From the NCBI GenBank assembly GCA_949293555.1, contig CASFDV010000002.1, positions 106,210 through 170,209 of the forward strand: a stretch of 64,000 bases of DNA. The letters run 5' to 3'. Under the pieces are notes generated by a model. That model was not told where the DNA came from. It searched no databases and worked only from the letters and a program-made list of their open reading frames with translations. The position numbers were made by a program, and so were the translations under genes. Below, one piece after another: positions 47,014 through 58,555 of the stretch (within the stretch, counting starts at the first letter, position 1; each line of letters starts with the position of its first letter). The DNA comes from an uncultured Bacillota bacterium (GTDB lineage: Bacteria; Bacillota_I; Bacilli_A; RFN20; CAG-826).

Positions 47014-48612
47014 ATGCGCATTTTGCCGATTGATGAAATCGCCGGAAAGCTAGGGCTGGGCCCTTCCGACTTCGTCCCCTATACGAGGGAGATGGCGAAG
47101 CTATCCTTTGGCTTCGTCCGCGATCATGCCGACGGGGAAGGGAAGGTCGTCCTCGTCACGGCGATGACCCCCACGAAGTACGGCGAAGGGAAGACTCTCA
47201 CTTCGATCGCCCTCCAGGAAGCGATGTGGTCTTTGGGGATCCGTTCCCTCCTCGCCTTGCGGGAACCGGCGATCGGCCCGGTATTCGGAATCAAGGGTGG
47301 CGCGACTGGATCTGGGAAGGCCACCATCGAGCCGAGCCAAAGGATCAACCTCCATTTCACAGGGGACATCCACGCCCTTACGGCGGCCAACAACTTGATC
47401 TCTGCGGTCATCGACAATTCCATCTTCCAGGGGAATCCCCTTGGAATCGATCCGGAGAACGTGCTTTGGAAAAGGGCGCTGGACATGAACGACAGGGCCC
47501 TCCGGAACATCGAAATTGCAAGAGGCGGGAAGATCGGCGTTCCCAGGCGCGAGGAGTTCGTGATCACGGTCGCCTCGGAACTGATGGCGATCCTCTGCCT
47601 TTCCCTTGGAAGGGAAGACTTCTACCAGAGGCTCGGGGACATCGCTGTTGCCAAAGGGGTGGACGGGAGGACGATCTATCTCAGGGAACTCAGGATCCGC
47701 CATGCGCTGATGGATCTTCTCGACGATGCCTTGCTGCCGAACCTGGTCCAGACCCAGGACGGCGCCCCCGTCCTTGTCCATGGCGGGCCTTTCGCGAACA
47801 TCGCCCATGGGGCGAATTCCATCATCGCGACGAGGCTGGCCCGCTCGCTTGCGCCCCTTGTCATCACTGAGGCCGGATTCGGGGCGGACCTTGGCGCGGA
47901 GAAGTTCCTTGACATCGTCTGCCCGACCGCAGGAATCTCCCCCTCATGCGTGGTTCTCGTCGCCACATTGAAGGCCCTCAAGCTTCATGGGGGAGTGCCT
48001 GATGCCAGTCTTGGGGAAGAGGACCCACAGGCGGTCAGAAGAGGAATCGCGAACGTGGAAAGGCACTACGAGAACCTTCGTTCGTTCGGCGTGCCTGTCG
48101 TGCTTTCGCTGAATCGCTTCGACCAAGACCATCCAAGCGAGATCAAGGAGTTCTCCTCCTGGGCTGAAATAAAAGGGGTCCCCTTCGTTTTGACGGAGGG
48201 GTATCAGAAGGGGGCCGAGGGGGCGCAGGCTCTTGCAAGGGCGGTCCTTGCCTTGGCGGACGCTCCTGCGCATTACCATCCCCTATATCAGCAGAATGAG
48301 CCTTTATTTGCAAAAATAGAACGAATTTGCACGGATATCTATCGGTGTAAAGTCTCCTATTCCGATCAAGCTAGAAAAGACATCCAGGAATATGAAGAAA
48401 CCCATGGGGACTATTTCGTCTGCATGGCGAAGACTCCGAACAGCTTTACCGATGACCCCAAGAAGAAGGGAGCGCCTATCGGCGAGACCGTGCATGTGAG
48501 GGACGTTCGACTATATGAAGGGGCGCGCTTCCTTGTTCCGCTCCTTGGGAACATCATGACGATGCCGGGGCTTCCGAAAGTGCCTGCTGCCGTGATGATG
48601 GGGGATGAATGA
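47014..48612 (+). CDS. fhs: Formate--tetrahydrofolate ligase
   Basis: TPT..GEGKT, GIKGGA.G.G, INLHFTGD, HGGPFANIAHG, TEAGFGADLG. Confidence 0.97.
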   Translation: MRILPIDEIAGKLGLGPSDFVPYTREMAKLSFGFVRDHADGEGKVVLVTAMTPTKYGEGKTLTSIALQEAMWSLGIRSLLALREPAIGPVFGIKGGATGSGKATIEPSQRINLHFTGDIHALTAANNLISAVIDNSIFQGNPLGIDPENVLWKRALDMNDRALRNIEIARGGKIGVPRREEFVITVASELMAILCLSLGREDFYQRLGDIAVAKGVDGRTIYLRELRIRHALMDLLDDALLPNLVQTQDGAPVLVHGGPFANIAHGANSIIATRLARSLAPLVITEAGFGADLGAEKFLDIVCPTAGISPSCVVLVATLKALKLHGGVPDASLGEEDPQAVRRGIANVERHYENLRSFGVPVVLSLNRFDQDHPSEIKEFSSWAEIKGVPFVLTEGYQKGAEGAQALARAVLALADAPAHYHPLYQQNEPLFAKIERICTDIYRCKVSYSDQARKDIQEYEETHGDYFVCMAKTPNSFTDDPKKKGAPIGETVHVRDVRLYEGARFLVPLLGNIMTMPGLPKVPAAVMMGDE

Positions 48613-48836
48613 TGTTCACCGCCTACTCCCTTTACGACATCGTCGAGATGAAGAAGCCCCACCCCTGCAAAGGACGGACCAAGCGTTTTCAGATCGTCAT
48701 GGTGGGCGCGGACATCAAGATCCGTTGCCTTGGATGCGGGAACCTCATCCTCATGTCCCGGGCGGATTTCAACGAGCGTGTCCGCCGCGTCATCGAGTCG
48801 CCCGGGAAACTGATGCCCCCGCCCGGGGCAAATTGA
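48609..48836 (+). CDS. DUF951 (YyzM-like) protein
   Basis: DIVEMKKPHPC...GADIKIRCLGC. Confidence 0.9.
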   Translation: MMFTAYSLYDIVEMKKPHPCKGRTKRFQIVMVGADIKIRCLGCGNLILMSRADFNERVRRVIESPGKLMPPPGAN

Positions 48837-48871
48837 AAGAACCCATCCCTATAACCCTTTTGGAGGGCTAG

Positions 48872-50899
48872 GTGAGGGCGGAAGGAATTACCTTAAGGTT
48901 CGGCGATCGGGCTTTGTTCGAAGATTTATCGATCGATTTCGGAGACCGGGGCATTTTCGCGATACTCGGAAGAAGCGGGTGTGGGAAAAGCACCTTGCTT
49001 TCCATTCTATCGGGCAATCTGAAGCCTGAGTCTGGACGGGTGTTCCTTGGCGAGACTGACTTGCTTGCTCTTCCAAGGGAGAAGGTTGATGAAATGCGTA
49101 GGAAGTCCTTTTCCTTCCTTTACCAAAGCCATAACCTCCTGGAGGATTTGACCGTCTACGAGAACTGCGCGGTCTCCCTTCGCATCCAAGGGGTGCCTGA
49201 GGGTTTGCTCAGGGAGCGGATCCAACCTTTGCTGGAACGGCTGGAACTTCAGGGCCTTGAGGACAAGAAGGCGGGTCTTTTGTCAGGAGGCGAGAAGGCG
49301 CGGGTCGCCTTGGCCAGGGCGCTCGCCCGCAGGCCAGAGGTCCTATTCTCCGACGAGCCGACAGGTTCCTTGGATAAGGAAACTGGCCGGCGGGTGATGG
49401 AGATGCTCAAGGAGGAATCCAGGAGATGCCTCGTCATCCTCGTTACTCATGACAAGTCGTTCGCCAAGGAGTTCGCCGATGTCATCTTCCCTTTGGATGG
49501 AGGGGCGATGGAAGGGAAGAAGGTCTCCCACGGAAGGGGGCAAGGGCAAGAGGGCATGAATCCGGGAGGAAAACCCTGGCTCCTTCCGCTCCTCAGGGGA
49601 GAAAGGGTTCTCGGGAAGGAGACCGCGGTAATCTTCTTCGCCTCCCTCGTGAGCTACCTCTCGCTTACCCTCGCCTTGTCCTTCCACGATTCCTCGCAAA
49701 GGATCTTTGAGGTCGAGAGCAGGAACACGATCACTTATTCGCTTGGATCGTTGACCGAGGAACGGATGGTTTCCTTGCCGGAGAGCCCGCTGTCGCTTGT
49801 TCAGAGCCAGCGCCCGCCAAGGAAGGAAGCCGAGCGCTACGTCGGCCAAGGCATCGAGGTCCTTCCGGACCTTTCCTACTTCCTTCCGGAAGGGAGCGGA
49901 TTCAAGGTGAACGGGTTTCCCAAAGAAGGCGCCTCGTTCCTTCCTGTCGGGGACCTTAGCCTCAAGGACGGGTTCCTGCCCCTTCTCAAGGAAGGCCAAG
50001 CGCCGGAGAAGGAAACTTTTGATTATTTGCTTGTGAACGAGGATATGGCCGACATCCTGCCTGGGGATCCTTTGAAGGCCGAGATCGAAGTCAGCATCTC
50101 CTTTGAGCTGGAATGGGAGGGAGCGGTCGACAAGGTGGAAAAGACCCATGCCTTCCGCGTCGCAGGAATCGTCCAGGAGTTCCCTTTCCTAGGAACGCCC
50201 CGTTGCTATTACAGCCATAAGGCGCTCGCCTCTTTTCTAGAAGGCATCCGTCTCCCGAACATAAGCGAAGCCCGGGGAGAGGCGGTTACGCCGATGACCC
50301 TTCTCGAGGTGCTGCCCAAGGATTCCCCCTACCATTCCTATTGCTGGCTGCTTTATGCCGCAGGGGAGCAGAACCGAAGGAAGCTGGAGTCGCTTTGCCA
50401 GGCGGAAGGCGAGTACTCCGTCTCCTCGGAATCCCAGGAGATGAGGGAGGGGTTCCTTAGCCTGTCGGAATCCTTCGTCGCCCTGTCCTGGCCATTTCTT
50501 CTTGCGGAAGCGGTCGCAACTTCGTTCATCGTGGCCTCCCTTCTCCTCGCGGCCTTTCTCCGGAGGAAGAAGGAAGCCGCCATCCTCCGAGGGGAAGGGG
50601 CCTCTTCAAGATCGCTCCTCATCCTTTATGGCGCCCCAGGAGTTCTCGCTTCCTTCCTGGCAGGTTTAGCCACAATCCTTCTTTCAGTTCCTTTTGGATC
50701 AGTTATATCCGCAATTCTTGAGCCAAGTCTCGGAATTTCGAATCTTGTGAAAGTACCGCTCCTTAGTTTCGGAGGAATCCCGCTCCTCCTTCCTTCCCTT
50801 CTCGTTCTCGTTTCCGTCCTCATCCCTTCCTTAGGGGCGTTCCTGCCCCTGAAGGCCAGCCTTTCCTCCGATTTGAGCGAGGAGCTTCGCGAAGAATGA
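48872..50899 (+). CDS. ABC ATPase fused to FtsX-like permease (MacB architecture)
   Basis: [21 protein letters not shown], then TM, extracellular domain and C-terminal TMs. Confidence 0.85.
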   Translation: MRAEGITLRFGDRALFEDLSIDFGDRGIFAILGRSGCGKSTLLSILSGNLKPESGRVFLGETDLLALPREKVDEMRRKSFSFLYQSHNLLEDLTVYENCAVSLRIQGVPEGLLRERIQPLLERLELQGLEDKKAGLLSGGEKARVALARALARRPEVLFSDEPTGSLDKETGRRVMEMLKEESRRCLVILVTHDKSFAKEFADVIFPLDGGAMEGKKVSHGRGQGQEGMNPGGKPWLLPLLRGERVLGKETAVIFFASLVSYLSLTLALSFHDSSQRIFEVESRNTITYSLGSLTEERMVSLPESPLSLVQSQRPPRKEAERYVGQGIEVLPDLSYFLPEGSGFKVNGFPKEGASFLPVGDLSLKDGFLPLLKEGQAPEKETFDYLLVNEDMADILPGDPLKAEIEVSISFELEWEGAVDKVEKTHAFRVAGIVQEFPFLGTPRCYYSHKALASFLEGIRLPNISEARGEAVTPMTLLEVLPKDSPYHSYCWLLYAAGEQNRRKLESLCQAEGEYSVSSESQEMREGFLSLSESFVALSWPFLLAEAVATSFIVASLLLAAFLRRKKEAAILRGEGASSRSLLILYGAPGVLASFLAGLATILLSVPFGSVISAILEPSLGISNLVKVPLLSFGGIPLLLPSLLVLVSVLIPSLGAFLPLKASLSSDLSEELREE

Positions 50900-53655
50900 A
50901 CGGGGTTGAAATAGTCGGGCTAAGGAAGGACTTTCCTGGGAGGGCGATCTTCCGAGAAGCAAGCCTGGTCCTTCCGGAAAAGGGGCTCGTCGTCCTTCTG
51001 GGGAAGTCCGGGACCGGAAAGAGCACCCTGCTCTCCATGGTGGCGATGCTCGATTGCCATTATGGCGGCACCATCCGCGTGCTTGGCGCCGATCCGCAGG
51101 CGATGGGTGAGAAGGAGCGTGGCGACTTCCGGCTCCGGAACATCGGCATGATCCGCCAGGAAAACGACACCCTGGATCTCGAGGATTCCTTGACGAATGC
51201 GCTCTTTCCCTCGTTCGGTTCCCGTGCGGAAAGGAAGAAGGTCTTGCGCCGGGCGAAAGATCTCCTGAGGGCGGTGGGACTTGAGGGGAAGGAACAGCAA
51301 CGGGCGAACACCTTGTCCGGCGGGGAACGAGCGAGGCTCTCCTTGGCAAGAGCCCTTGTCAACGATCAGCGGATCGTCCTGGCGGACGAACCGACCGGCG
51401 CCTTGGACGAAAAGGCAGGGGAGGAAGTGTTCTCTCTCCTTTCTTCCGTCGCCAAGGACAGGCTCGTCCTCCTCGTCACCCACGACGAATGGCTCGCCAG
51501 ACGCCATGGGCAGATGATCCTTCGCCTCGAGGAGTGCAAATTGCTCGTCGAGGAAACGGGAATTCCCCCGGGCGAGACGCTCCTGGTCGCGGACGGGCAA
51601 AGAGGGTGGCGGCGCCCCCTCCCTTCGATGAACCTCCTTGCGCATGGGTTCCATGTCGCCCGTGAGAAGAAATGGCGGACGCTTCTTTTCACGACGCTGA
51701 TGTCTTTGTCGCTCCTTCTTCTTGGTACTTCCCTGTTCCTATCGCGCGAGTTGGAAAGGACGGTAGGCTCCTCTCTTTCCGGCCTTGCGGGGGATAGGGA
51801 AGTGGTCCTCATGGATAAAGGCGCTTCGCCAAGCCTTGGGCCCGCCTCGGACGGGGAAGTGGAATCCCTTTTATATAAGCTCAGGGGAGCTGCCGACGAT
51901 TCCGGGGTCGGCTACCCGATCGACTTCGCCTCCTTCTTCCCGGACGAGTTGACCGCAAGCCTCCCCCTGGGCGAGCTCAAGGAGCATGTGTTCCCGAATC
52001 TCGACGTTTCCTCCGTGGATGAGTACCGCTGGCTGGAGGATTTCGAATCCCAATCCTTCCATCCCGCCATCCCGGAGGTGATGGAGATGGAGCACGTGGT
52101 CCTCGCCCTTCCTTTCCCGATGATGAGCTCCCTATGCAGCGCGCTTTCCATCGAGAGGAGCTATCGCTCCCTTGGCCACTACCTCGAGACAGAAGGGATG
52201 GAAATCTATCTGAGGATGAGGAACGACTCGTGGGCCTACCATGACGAGCAGCTCCTTGTCGTCCGGGCGGTGATGGAGACGGAAGGCGATCCCTTCTTCC
52301 TCCATAGCGATCATCGTTGGAACGAATGGATGTACGAGTTCAAGATGCGGCTCCCCCTCAGGGAATCTCCGGAGGAAGAGGAGCCATGGCTCTTGGAGAA
52401 GGTGCCCTACCTCCACCTCCAAGTGACGGAAGAGGAAGCCGTCAGCACGCTCCGCGGGCTGGGCCTTGAGGAAGATTTCCTCCTTGTGCCGCCTAACGCG
52501 GAAACTGGGGATGCGGATATCGACTTCGGCGCTGGACGGCTTTACGCCTTCTCGAAGGATGGCGGACCTTCTTATGAGAATGTTCTTGAAGCCGCCTCGA
52601 GGATCGAGGGTATCTCAGGCCACAGATTCTTGAGCGGAGGCTATTCCGCGTTTCCTTCCTCCTATGCAGAGGGATTCCTGAAGCCCTTCTTCCTTGCAGG
52701 CACGGAAGAGGCCGCGGATCTCATCGAGGATTCCGCCTCGAAGGTGGAAGGACTTGAAGACCCTCTTTTGCTTTCTCTCCCTGATCGGTCAGCCTCTGGC
52801 TCCTACCTCCTTCCTGCAGGGAAAGGCATCAGGATCTCCGCAAATCTTGATGGAATAGTTGGGGAAAGGCCTTCCTCAATCGAAGAGGTGGCATTAGGGG
52901 AAGCCCTTTGGAATCAACTGGGAAGACCTAACGCGATCATCGCGCTGAGTCCTTCCGCCGTGCGAGAGGAAGGGGATGGATACCGCTACGAGTACCGGAG
53001 GATTCCTCTTTACGTGAGCGGGCATATCCCCGGGGGAGGCATGACGATCCACCAGGGCCCCCATTGGGCGGAAGATTTCTTCCTGCTCCTAGGAAGAAGC
53101 TCGATAGAGGAATCGCTTCCCGAAGGAATCGCGTTTTCCGTCGACGAAGAGTGGCCTCTTCAGCCTTTCGTGGACTACTTCGCGGGGAACTTCCCGGAGT
53201 TCTCTGTCGCCTCGCCTGCCTTGGCGATCAGCGAGAGCCTTGCCGAGATGGAATGCTATCTTTCCCTCATGCTCCTGGCGCTTACCATCGGGTCGGTCGC
53301 GCTTTCCTGCTTCCTCCTGTTCACCGTGTCGCGGCTTTTCGCAGAAGAAGGAAGGCGCGAGGGAAGGATGCTCCACTACCTTGGATTCTCTAGGGAAGAG
53401 GTCGCGAGGAACGAAAGCGCGCCGCTCCTCATCCTCCTTTCCTTCTCCGCCCTGAGCTCGACTCTCGGAATCCTGGGGATGGAGTGGCTGATCCATGGCT
53501 ATATGGCGGAATCCATCGGGGGAGGGGCGTTCTTTTCCATCGATCCCTTCCCATTGTTCATCCCGCTCCTTGCCGCCTTCCTTGCCTACCTCGTTTCCTA
53601 CTTCATTGGGCTTCGCCAGAGCTATCGCCGGGACTTTTTGAAAGAAGGACGATGA
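50896..53655 (+). CDS. ABC ATPase fused to FtsX-like permease with enlarged extracellular region
   Basis: [24 protein letters not shown], long ectodomain, C-terminal TMs. Confidence 0.85.
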   Translation: MNGVEIVGLRKDFPGRAIFREASLVLPEKGLVVLLGKSGTGKSTLLSMVAMLDCHYGGTIRVLGADPQAMGEKERGDFRLRNIGMIRQENDTLDLEDSLTNALFPSFGSRAERKKVLRRAKDLLRAVGLEGKEQQRANTLSGGERARLSLARALVNDQRIVLADEPTGALDEKAGEEVFSLLSSVAKDRLVLLVTHDEWLARRHGQMILRLEECKLLVEETGIPPGETLLVADGQRGWRRPLPSMNLLAHGFHVAREKKWRTLLFTTLMSLSLLLLGTSLFLSRELERTVGSSLSGLAGDREVVLMDKGASPSLGPASDGEVESLLYKLRGAADDSGVGYPIDFASFFPDELTASLPLGELKEHVFPNLDVSSVDEYRWLEDFESQSFHPAIPEVMEMEHVVLALPFPMMSSLCSALSIERSYRSLGHYLETEGMEIYLRMRNDSWAYHDEQLLVVRAVMETEGDPFFLHSDHRWNEWMYEFKMRLPLRESPEEEEPWLLEKVPYLHLQVTEEEAVSTLRGLGLEEDFLLVPPNAETGDADIDFGAGRLYAFSKDGGPSYENVLEAASRIEGISGHRFLSGGYSAFPSSYAEGFLKPFFLAGTEEAADLIEDSASKVEGLEDPLLLSLPDRSASGSYLLPAGKGIRISANLDGIVGERPSSIEEVALGEALWNQLGRPNAIIALSPSAVREEGDGYRYEYRRIPLYVSGHIPGGGMTIHQGPHWAEDFFLLLGRSSIEESLPEGIAFSVDEEWPLQPFVDYFAGNFPEFSVASPALAISESLAEMECYLSLMLLALTIGSVALSCFLLFTVSRLFAEEGRREGRMLHYLGFSREEVARNESAPLLILLSFSALSSTLGILGMEWLIHGYMAESIGGGAFFSIDPFPLFIPLLAAFLAYLVSYFIGLRQSYRRDFLKEGR

Positions 53656-53735
53656 ATGTTGCACACATCCTCTTTGCCAAGCGTATATTTTCCGTCGGGC
53701 CGACTCGTTTGCAGCGGCTTGGAAAGGATGGTTCG

Positions 53736-53933
53736 ATGAAAGGCACCGTCAAGATGTTCAACCAGGAGAAAGGCTTCGGCTTCATCACTGGCGAGGACGG
53801 GAAGGATTACTTCTTCCACTACAGCGCGATCGCCATGGATTCCTACAAGACCGCTGAAAAGGGCGAGTCCGTGGAGTTCGAGGCGACCGAGGGCGCCCGC
53901 GGTCTCCGCGCTGAGCACGTCCAGAAGCTCTAA
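53736..53933 (+). CDS. Cold-shock protein
   Basis: [22 protein letters not shown]; terminator at 53951-53978. Confidence 0.95.
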   Translation: MKGTVKMFNQEKGFGFITGEDGKDYFFHYSAIAMDSYKTAEKGESVEFEATEGARGLRAEHVQKL

Positions 53934-54002
53934 GCAAGGGTTTCTGCGCGAAAGGCTCTCCGTCAGGGAGCCTTTTTCTTGTCGCCCTTGTAGAATTGAG
54001 GC

Positions 54003-54584
54003 ATGTCGTTCGCGAAGAGCAAGGGAGGCGTCGTCGCCGCGTCCATCACCGTATGGATCCTGGAGGTCACGTTGCCTCTTCTCGCTATCCTCGTCCCCTT
54101 CGTCCTGCTTCTTCCGAAGGACCCGCCCCTGGAGAACACTCCTTCCTTCACCCTTGGGACGTACCGTCTCGACGCGGAGGATGGAAGAGGCCACTACGGG
54201 TTCCTGAGGCTGAAGGACTATGACCCTGCCGAAGCCGGGGAATCCTTCCGCGACTACGGCAGGGGCGAGGAAAGCCAGGACGGCGGTTTCATCACCGTGG
54301 AGATGGCCCTTTATGACGAGGAGAGCGCGCTTCAGGACATCCTCCTCCGTCCGGCAGGGTACCATTACGAGGCGGCGGGAACGCAGTTCGTCGGGATCAC
54401 CTACGATTTCTATGCACGCATCGGGTCGACGTGGGGAAAGTCGGTGTTCCTCCTGCTCGAGGGATCCGTGGAGTACCCGGACTTCCATGTCCTCTTGAGC
54501 GGGACCCAGTTCCTCAAGGAAGTCGTCGCGAACCCCGTCTATGTGGGAGGCCAGGATTTCCCGTTCGAGGAAATAGGCTCATAA
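54003..54584 (+). CDS. Hypothetical membrane-anchored protein
   Basis: N-terminal TM helix, host-like codons. Confidence 0.65.
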   Translation: MSFAKSKGGVVAASITVWILEVTLPLLAILVPFVLLLPKDPPLENTPSFTLGTYRLDAEDGRGHYGFLRLKDYDPAEAGESFRDYGRGEESQDGGFITVEMALYDEESALQDILLRPAGYHYEAAGTQFVGITYDFYARIGSTWGKSVFLLLEGSVEYPDFHVLLSGTQFLKEVVANPVYVGGQDFPFEEIGS

Positions 54585-54596
54585 GGAGAGATAGCT

Positions 54597-54806
54597 ATGT
54601 CGCCGGAGAAGTACAAGAAAGAGCAGAACAAGGTCATCTGCGCGGCAGTGGGGGTGGTCATTGGCGAGATCGTCCTCGGGATCCTGCTTTTCTTCTTCCA
54701 GGCGTTCTTTTTCGCGATGATCAGCACGTTCGTCTGGGGGACCGCCCAGCCGGGCGGCACGCTCTACCCTCTCTTCCTATCTATCGCGGGCCTCGCTGGT
54801 CTATAA
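54597..54806 (+). CDS. Small hypothetical membrane protein
   Basis: SD AAGGAG, hydrophobic 69-aa ORF. Confidence 0.65.
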   Translation: MSPEKYKKEQNKVICAAVGVVIGEIVLGILLFFFQAFFFAMISTFVWGTAQPGGTLYPLFLSIAGLAGL

Positions 54807-54836
54807 TCCGCTCGCCTTCTGGGGGAACCATCGGGA

Positions 54837-55952
54837 ATGTCATTGAAAGCCGGTATCGTCGGGCTCCCGAACGTCGGGAAGTCGACTCTTTTCAACGCGA
54901 TCACCAACTCGCACGTCCTCGCGGAGAACTATCCCTTCGCCACCATCAGCCCGAACACCGGGGTCGTCCAGGTCCCGGACAGGAGGCTGGATGTCCTGAG
55001 CGCGATGTTCGAGCCGAAGAGGACCATCCCTGCCACTTTCGAGTTCTACGACATCGCCGGCCTCGTCAAGGGCGCCTCCAAGGGCGAGGGGCTCGGGAAC
55101 CAGTTCCTCGCGGCAATCCGCGAGTGCGACGCGATCGTCGAGGTCGTCCGCTGCTTCGAGTCGAGCGACGTCGTCCACGTGGAGAATTCCGTGGATCCGA
55201 GAAGGGACATCGAGATCATCGACCTCGAGCTCGCCATGGCGGACCTCGAGTCCGTTAACAACCGCATCGGGAAGCAGGAGGTCAAGGCCAGGGTCGCCCA
55301 CGACAAGGTCGCTTCTTACGAGATGCCGATCCTCCTCGCCCTCAGGGCCGTCCTTGAGCAGGGCCTTCCCGGAAGGCTCGCCGAGGGGCTGAGCGAGGAG
55401 CAGATGGCCTACGCGAGGAAGAACTTCTTCCTTCTGACCCTGAAGCCCATCCTTTATGTCGCCAACGTCGCGGACACCGACTACATGGACCTTGGCTCCT
55501 GCCTCCATTACCAGACCGTCCTTTCGATCGCCCGCGAGAGGAAGTCCGACGTGATCCCGGTATCCTGCGCGATCGAAAGCGAGATCGCCTCGCTCCCCCC
55601 TCAGGAAAGGAAGGAGTTCCTCGAGACCCTCGGGACGGAGGAGTCCGGCCTCGACAAGCTCGTCAGGGCTTCCTACCGTCTCCTTGACCTCGCCACCTTC
55701 TTCACCGTCGGGAAGGACGAGTGCCGGGCTTGGACCTTCCGCGTGGGGATGAAGGCCCCCGAGTGCGCGGGCATCATCCACAGCGATTTCGAGAAGGGCT
55801 TCATCAAGGCGGAGGTGTACTCATACGAGGACATCGTCCAGCTCGGGAGCGAGCTCGCGGTCCGCGAGGCCGGGAAGATGCGTCAGGAAGGAAAGGAATA
55901 CCGGATGGAGGACGGGGACATCGTCTTCTTCCGGTTCAACGTCTCTAGATGA
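54837..55952 (+). CDS. ychF: Redox-regulated ATPase YchF
   Basis: [36 protein letters not shown]. Confidence 0.97.
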   Translation: MSLKAGIVGLPNVGKSTLFNAITNSHVLAENYPFATISPNTGVVQVPDRRLDVLSAMFEPKRTIPATFEFYDIAGLVKGASKGEGLGNQFLAAIRECDAIVEVVRCFESSDVVHVENSVDPRRDIEIIDLELAMADLESVNNRIGKQEVKARVAHDKVASYEMPILLALRAVLEQGLPGRLAEGLSEEQMAYARKNFFLLTLKPILYVANVADTDYMDLGSCLHYQTVLSIARERKSDVIPVSCAIESEIASLPPQERKEFLETLGTEESGLDKLVRASYRLLDLATFFTVGKDECRAWTFRVGMKAPECAGIIHSDFEKGFIKAEVYSYEDIVQLGSELAVREAGKMRQEGKEYRMEDGDIVFFRFNVSR

Positions 55953-56422
55953 TGAGGATCGGCTACGGCGAGGATATCCATTCCCTGGTTCCCGGGGAAG
56001 GGCTGAAGGTACTTGGGGTTTCCATCCCCTACCCGATGCGCCCCCTCGCCCATAGCGACGGGGACTTCGCCCTCCACGCTGTCGCGGACGCGATCCTTGG
56101 CGCCCTCGCCCTCGGGGACATCGGGCAGCTGTTCCCGGACAACGACCCGAAGACCGAAGGGCTCGACTCCGCGATCATCCTGGAGGCTGTCGTCCGGAGG
56201 ATGGAGGACAAGGGATTCCACGTGGGGAACATCGACGTCCTCCTTGTCGCGGAAAAGCCGAAATTCTCAACTTACATATGGGAAATGCGGAGTAATCTCG
56301 CCGGATTGCTTCACTTGGACATCGACCGCGTCTCCGTGAAGGCGATGACGGAGGAGGGGCTTGGCCCCGTTGGGGAGGGAAAGGCCATGCGCGCCAGCTG
56401 CGTGGTTCTCTTGGAGGAGTAG
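55949..56422 (+). CDS. ispF: 2-C-methyl-D-erythritol 2,4-cyclodiphosphate synthase
   Basis: RIGYGEDIH, HSDGD, GDIGQLFPD, VKA.T.EGLG. Confidence 0.94.
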   Translation: MMRIGYGEDIHSLVPGEGLKVLGVSIPYPMRPLAHSDGDFALHAVADAILGALALGDIGQLFPDNDPKTEGLDSAIILEAVVRRMEDKGFHVGNIDVLLVAEKPKFSTYIWEMRSNLAGLLHLDIDRVSVKAMTEEGLGPVGEGKAMRASCVVLLEE

Positions 56423-56423
56423 G

Positions 56424-58052
56424 ATGAGCAACGAAGAACTGATTCAAAACGCCCTGAGCAGGGCCGCGAAGGAACTCGGGAAGGACATCGACCCTGCCTC
56501 CATCCACGTGGAAAGAAGCCGCGGGGAAGGACACGGGGACTACGCGAGCAACTTCGCGCTGAAGTCCGCGCGCGAGTTCTCGATGAACCCGAGGGAGCTT
56601 GCCGCCAGGATCGCCGGGCTCGCGGCTGGCGAGGGCATCGCCAAGGTAGAGGTGGCTGGGCCTGGCTTCCTGAACTTCTTCCTTAGAAGCGAGTCCCTTG
56701 GCTCGATCCTCGACGAAATCCTTCAGAAAGGAAGCCATTTCGGCGACGGGGAGAGGAACGGGATCAAGGTGGACGTCGAGTACGTGTCCGCCAACCCGAC
56801 CGGGGACCTTCACCTCGGCCACACCAGGGGCGCCGCCCTGGGCGACGCCGTGAGCAACCTCTACCGAAAGGCCGGCTACGACGTTACCCGCGAGTACTAC
56901 GTGAACGACTGCGGGAACCAGGTCCGCCACCTCGGGCTTTCCCTTAGGGCCCGCTACCACGAGCTCTTCGGGGAGCCGCTCGTGCTCGGGGAGGACGACT
57001 ACCACGGGACCGACCTCATCGCCATCGCCGAGGACATCCGCAAGGAATTCGGCGACCGCTGGCTCAAGGACGACGAGGAGAGCGAGCGCTTCTTCGTGCG
57101 CTACGGGATCGACCACGAGCTTGCCAAGATCAAGAAGGACCTCTCCGACTTCGGTGTCGAGTTCGACGTCTTTACCTACGAAAGCGACATCCGCCGGGCT
57201 GGGAAGGTCGAGGAAGCCCTCTCTTTCCTTGAGGAAAAGGGGTACGTGTACGAGTCGGAAGGGGCGAAGTTCCTCAAGACCTCCTCCTTCCTCGACGACA
57301 AGGACCGCCCCGTGGTGAAGAAAGACGGGAACTACACTTACTTCCTTCCGGACATCGCCTACCACTACGACAAGCTCGACCGCGGGTTCGACCTCCTCGT
57401 CGACATGCTCGGGGCCGACCACCATGGCTATGTGCCCCGCATGAAGAGCGCCCTCATGATGCGCGGCGCCCCCGCGGAAAGGCTCGACTGCGAAATCTAC
57501 CAGATCGTCCGCGTCTACAAGGACGGGGAAGAGGTGCGCATGAGCAAGAGGACCGGGAAGGCCATCACCCACCGCGACCTCGTGGAGATGGTGGGCAAGG
57601 ACGCCGTCCGCTACTTCTTCGCGGAGCGCGCCTCGGGCACGCACCTCGACTTCAACCTCAACCTTGCCTTGGAGAAGAGCAAGGAGAACCCCGTCTACTA
57701 CGCCCAGTACGCCCACGCCCGCTGCTGCTCCCTCCGGAAGCTGGGAGAGGAGTTCGCCCTCAACGGGGACAGCTCGCTTCTTTCCCTTCCTGTGGAAGGG
57801 ACCATCCTCAAGCAGCTCGCCCGTTTTCCGAGTATGATTCAGACCGCGGCCAAGGCCCGGGCGCCCTATAAGGTCGCCGGCTACTGCCAGGAGCTCGCGG
57901 CGGACATCCACGAGTACTACCAGGCCGTGCGCATCATCGACAGGGAGAACCCCGCCCTCACCGGCGCGAGGCTCCGCCTCATCGAAGGGTGCCGCATCGT
58001 GATGAAGGAGGCCCTCGCCATCCTCGGCGTCGGCGCTCCCGAAAGAATGTGA
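56424..58052 (+). CDS. argS: Arginine--tRNA ligase
   Basis: EYVSANPTG.LHLGH, GADHHGY, MSKR.G, YAQYAHAR. Confidence 0.97.
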   Translation: MSNEELIQNALSRAAKELGKDIDPASIHVERSRGEGHGDYASNFALKSAREFSMNPRELAARIAGLAAGEGIAKVEVAGPGFLNFFLRSESLGSILDEILQKGSHFGDGERNGIKVDVEYVSANPTGDLHLGHTRGAALGDAVSNLYRKAGYDVTREYYVNDCGNQVRHLGLSLRARYHELFGEPLVLGEDDYHGTDLIAIAEDIRKEFGDRWLKDDEESERFFVRYGIDHELAKIKKDLSDFGVEFDVFTYESDIRRAGKVEEALSFLEEKGYVYESEGAKFLKTSSFLDDKDRPVVKKDGNYTYFLPDIAYHYDKLDRGFDLLVDMLGADHHGYVPRMKSALMMRGAPAERLDCEIYQIVRVYKDGEEVRMSKRTGKAITHRDLVEMVGKDAVRYFFAERASGTHLDFNLNLALEKSKENPVYYAQYAHARCCSLRKLGEEFALNGDSSLLSLPVEGTILKQLARFPSMIQTAAKARAPYKVAGYCQELAADIHEYYQAVRIIDRENPALTGARLRLIEGCRIVMKEALAILGVGAPERM

Positions 58053-58074
58053 AGTGAAGGAAGGAGAACCATCC

Positions 58075-58497
58075 ATGAAATTCGACAAGAGCATGATCGA
58101 CGTCGCCGAGGAGGCGCTCAAGGAGGAAGGCTCCGCCCTTCCCTTCCACGAGCTCTTCCAGAAGGTCGCCGAGCGCCTCGAGATGAGCGAGGGGGACAAG
58201 GCCGAGCGGATCGGCCGCTTCTACAGCGACCTCACCATCGACGCCCGCTTCGTCGGCCTCCCCGACAACACCTGGGACCTCCGCGTCCGCCACACCTTCG
58301 AGAAGTCGCGCCTCGACCTCAAGAACGCCTATAGCGACGAGCCTCTCGCCGAGTCGGAGATCGACCCGGACGACAAGAGGGACGAGGAGGAGTACGACGC
58401 GGCCATGCAGGGGAAGACCATTTCCCACGAAAGCGAGGACGGGACCGAGGAGGGCGAGCGGCGCCCGGACGAGGACATCGCCTCGCTCGTCGGCTGA
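58075..58497 (+). CDS. rpoE: RNA polymerase delta subunit
   Basis: SMIDVA, FYSDL..DARF, WDLR, acidic tail. Confidence 0.92.
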   Translation: MKFDKSMIDVAEEALKEEGSALPFHELFQKVAERLEMSEGDKAERIGRFYSDLTIDARFVGLPDNTWDLRVRHTFEKSRLDLKNAYSDEPLAESEIDPDDKRDEEEYDAAMQGKTISHESEDGTEEGERRPDEDIASLVG

Positions 58498-58555
58498 TTC
58501 CTGGAAGCGCTTCCTGTGGTATAACTACAGCGCCAAACTGAAGGAGATTGAAACA

